Source: Nemertoderma westbladi (Eukaryota > Animalia > Xenacoelomorpha). From it: a DNA stretch of 64,000 nt. Below the pieces are notes generated by a model, which ran no database searches, was not told where the DNA came from, and saw nothing but the letters and a program-made list of their open reading frames with translations. Positions 62,638 through 64,000 of this stretch are shown here, one piece after another. The first letter of the stretch is position 1. Every line of letters begins with the position of its first letter. Made by a program: the position numbers and the translations under genes. The stretch is taken from NCBI GenBank assembly GCA_032718475.1, contig JAUCBJ010008487.1, positions 38,661-102,660 on the forward strand. Reading direction: 5' to 3'.

Positions 62638-63660
62638 GGTAAAACCGTGGTACTATGACAAACTGGCAGTTATAAATGGTAAAACCGTGGTACTATGATA
62701 AACTGGCAGTTATAATTGTAAAACCGTGGTACTATGATAAACTGGCAGTTATAATTAAAAAACCGTGGTACTATGTTAAACTGGCAGTTATATATTGTAA
62801 AACCGTGGAACTATGATAAACTGGCAGTTATAATTAAAAAACCGTGGTACTATGTTAAACTGGCAGTTATAAATTGTAAAACCGTATCGTGGTAGTGGTA
62901 CTATGACAAACTGGCAGTTATAATTGTAAAGCCGTGGTACTAGGATAAACTGGCAGTTATAATTGTAAAACCGTGGTACTATGTTAAACTGGCAGTTATA
63001 AATTGTAAAACCGTATCGTGGTAGTGGTACTATGACAAACTGGCAGTTATATATTGTAAAACCGTGGTACTATGTTAAACTGGCAGTTATATATTGTAAA
63101 ACCATGGTACTATGATAAACTGGCAGTTATATATTGTAAAACCGTGGTACTATGTTAAACTGGCAGTTATATATTGTAAAACCGTGGTACTATGATAAAC
63201 TGGCAGTTATATATTGTAAAACCGTGGTACTATGTTAAACTGGTAGTTATATATTGTAAAACCGTGGTACTATGATAAACTGGCAGTTATATATTGTAAA
63301 ACCGTGGTACTATGATAAACTGGCAGTTATAATTAAAAAACCGTGGTACTATGTTAAACTGGCAGTTATAAATTGTAAAACCGTACCGTGGTAGTGGTAC
63401 TATGATAAACAGGCAGTTATAATTGTAAAGCCGTGGTACTATGTTAAACTGGCAGTTATATATTGTAAAACCGAGGTACTATGTAAAACTGGCAGTTATA
63501 TATTGTAAGACCGTGGTACTATGTTAAACTGGCAGTTATATATTGTAAAACCGTGGTACTATGATAAACTGGCAGTTATATTGGAAATATGTGGTTCTAT
63601 GAAAAACTGGCAGTTATATTGGAAACATGTGGTTCTATGATAAACTGGCAGTTCATTTTG
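62638..63660. repeat. 39-40 bp satellite, about 25 copies, some with an 11-bp insertion
   Basis: Unit GTAAAACCGTGGTACTATGATAAACTGGCAGTTATATATT. Confidence 0.95.
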
Positions 63661-64000
63661 GTAAACTGGCAGTTATCATTTTAACCTGTGATTCTATGAT
63701 AAATTGGTAGTTAGTTTAAATCTGTGGTTCAATTTTGAACTGGTAGTTCTTTTGTAAACTGGAAGTTATATTTTACATATGTCATTTAACCGCAAAAGGC
63801 CATATTATCATTTCGATAAAACCGGGAGTTTATTTATTCTGTTTCGAAAAACCCCCACTTTTTTTTATTTATAATTTTATATTATTTTGTATCTTTTTAA
63901 AACCCCCGGTTTAAAAATTTACCGCCGTTTCAAAATTATAACATGGGTTTAAAAAGTAAGACCCGGGGTTTTTTAAAGAACCTGGGTTGTGTTTTTTCAG

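Larger units (their letters stand above)
59982..64000. mobile_element. Non-autonomous CACT(G)-type CMC/EnSpm element; right end cut about 2 bp short by the window
   Basis: CACTGAAAAAACACAACCCGGGTT versus terminal AACCTGGGTTGTGTTTTTTCAG; AAAC-n5-GTTT subterminal repeats on both arms. Confidence 0.85.

Overview
This is eukaryotic, probably invertebrate animal, repeat-rich genomic DNA. It is almost entirely a nest of decayed transposable elements, and I can support no intact host gene. From left to right: the 3' end of an LTR retrotransposon (extra triple zinc-knuckle ORF and a 738-bp LTR containing a tRNA-derived Pol III module); a FLYWCH-MULE transposase with a dyad repeat end; a hAT-like transposase split by a Penelope-like element (6-bp TSD, 5' inversion, degenerate hammerhead), which is itself split by a CMC/EnSpm-type element carrying two minisatellites; an unassigned region with orphan ORFs and a tyrosine recombinase pseudogene; CR1-type LINE, Sola2-like, hAT and BEL fragments; a BEL/Pao element; four RTE-type LINE copies; a DUF4806-like remnant; a young Mag-type Gypsy inserted in another Gypsy gag; a full-length degenerate Gypsy with atypical termini; a Tc1/mariner-type MITE; and a CACTG element with two related, inverted satellites. 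Family assignments come from motif recognition by eye, with no database search. The most unusual signals are the recurrent tRNA-like Pol III modules at LTR-element 3' ends and the RT-less tyrosine recombinase next to orphan ORFs.
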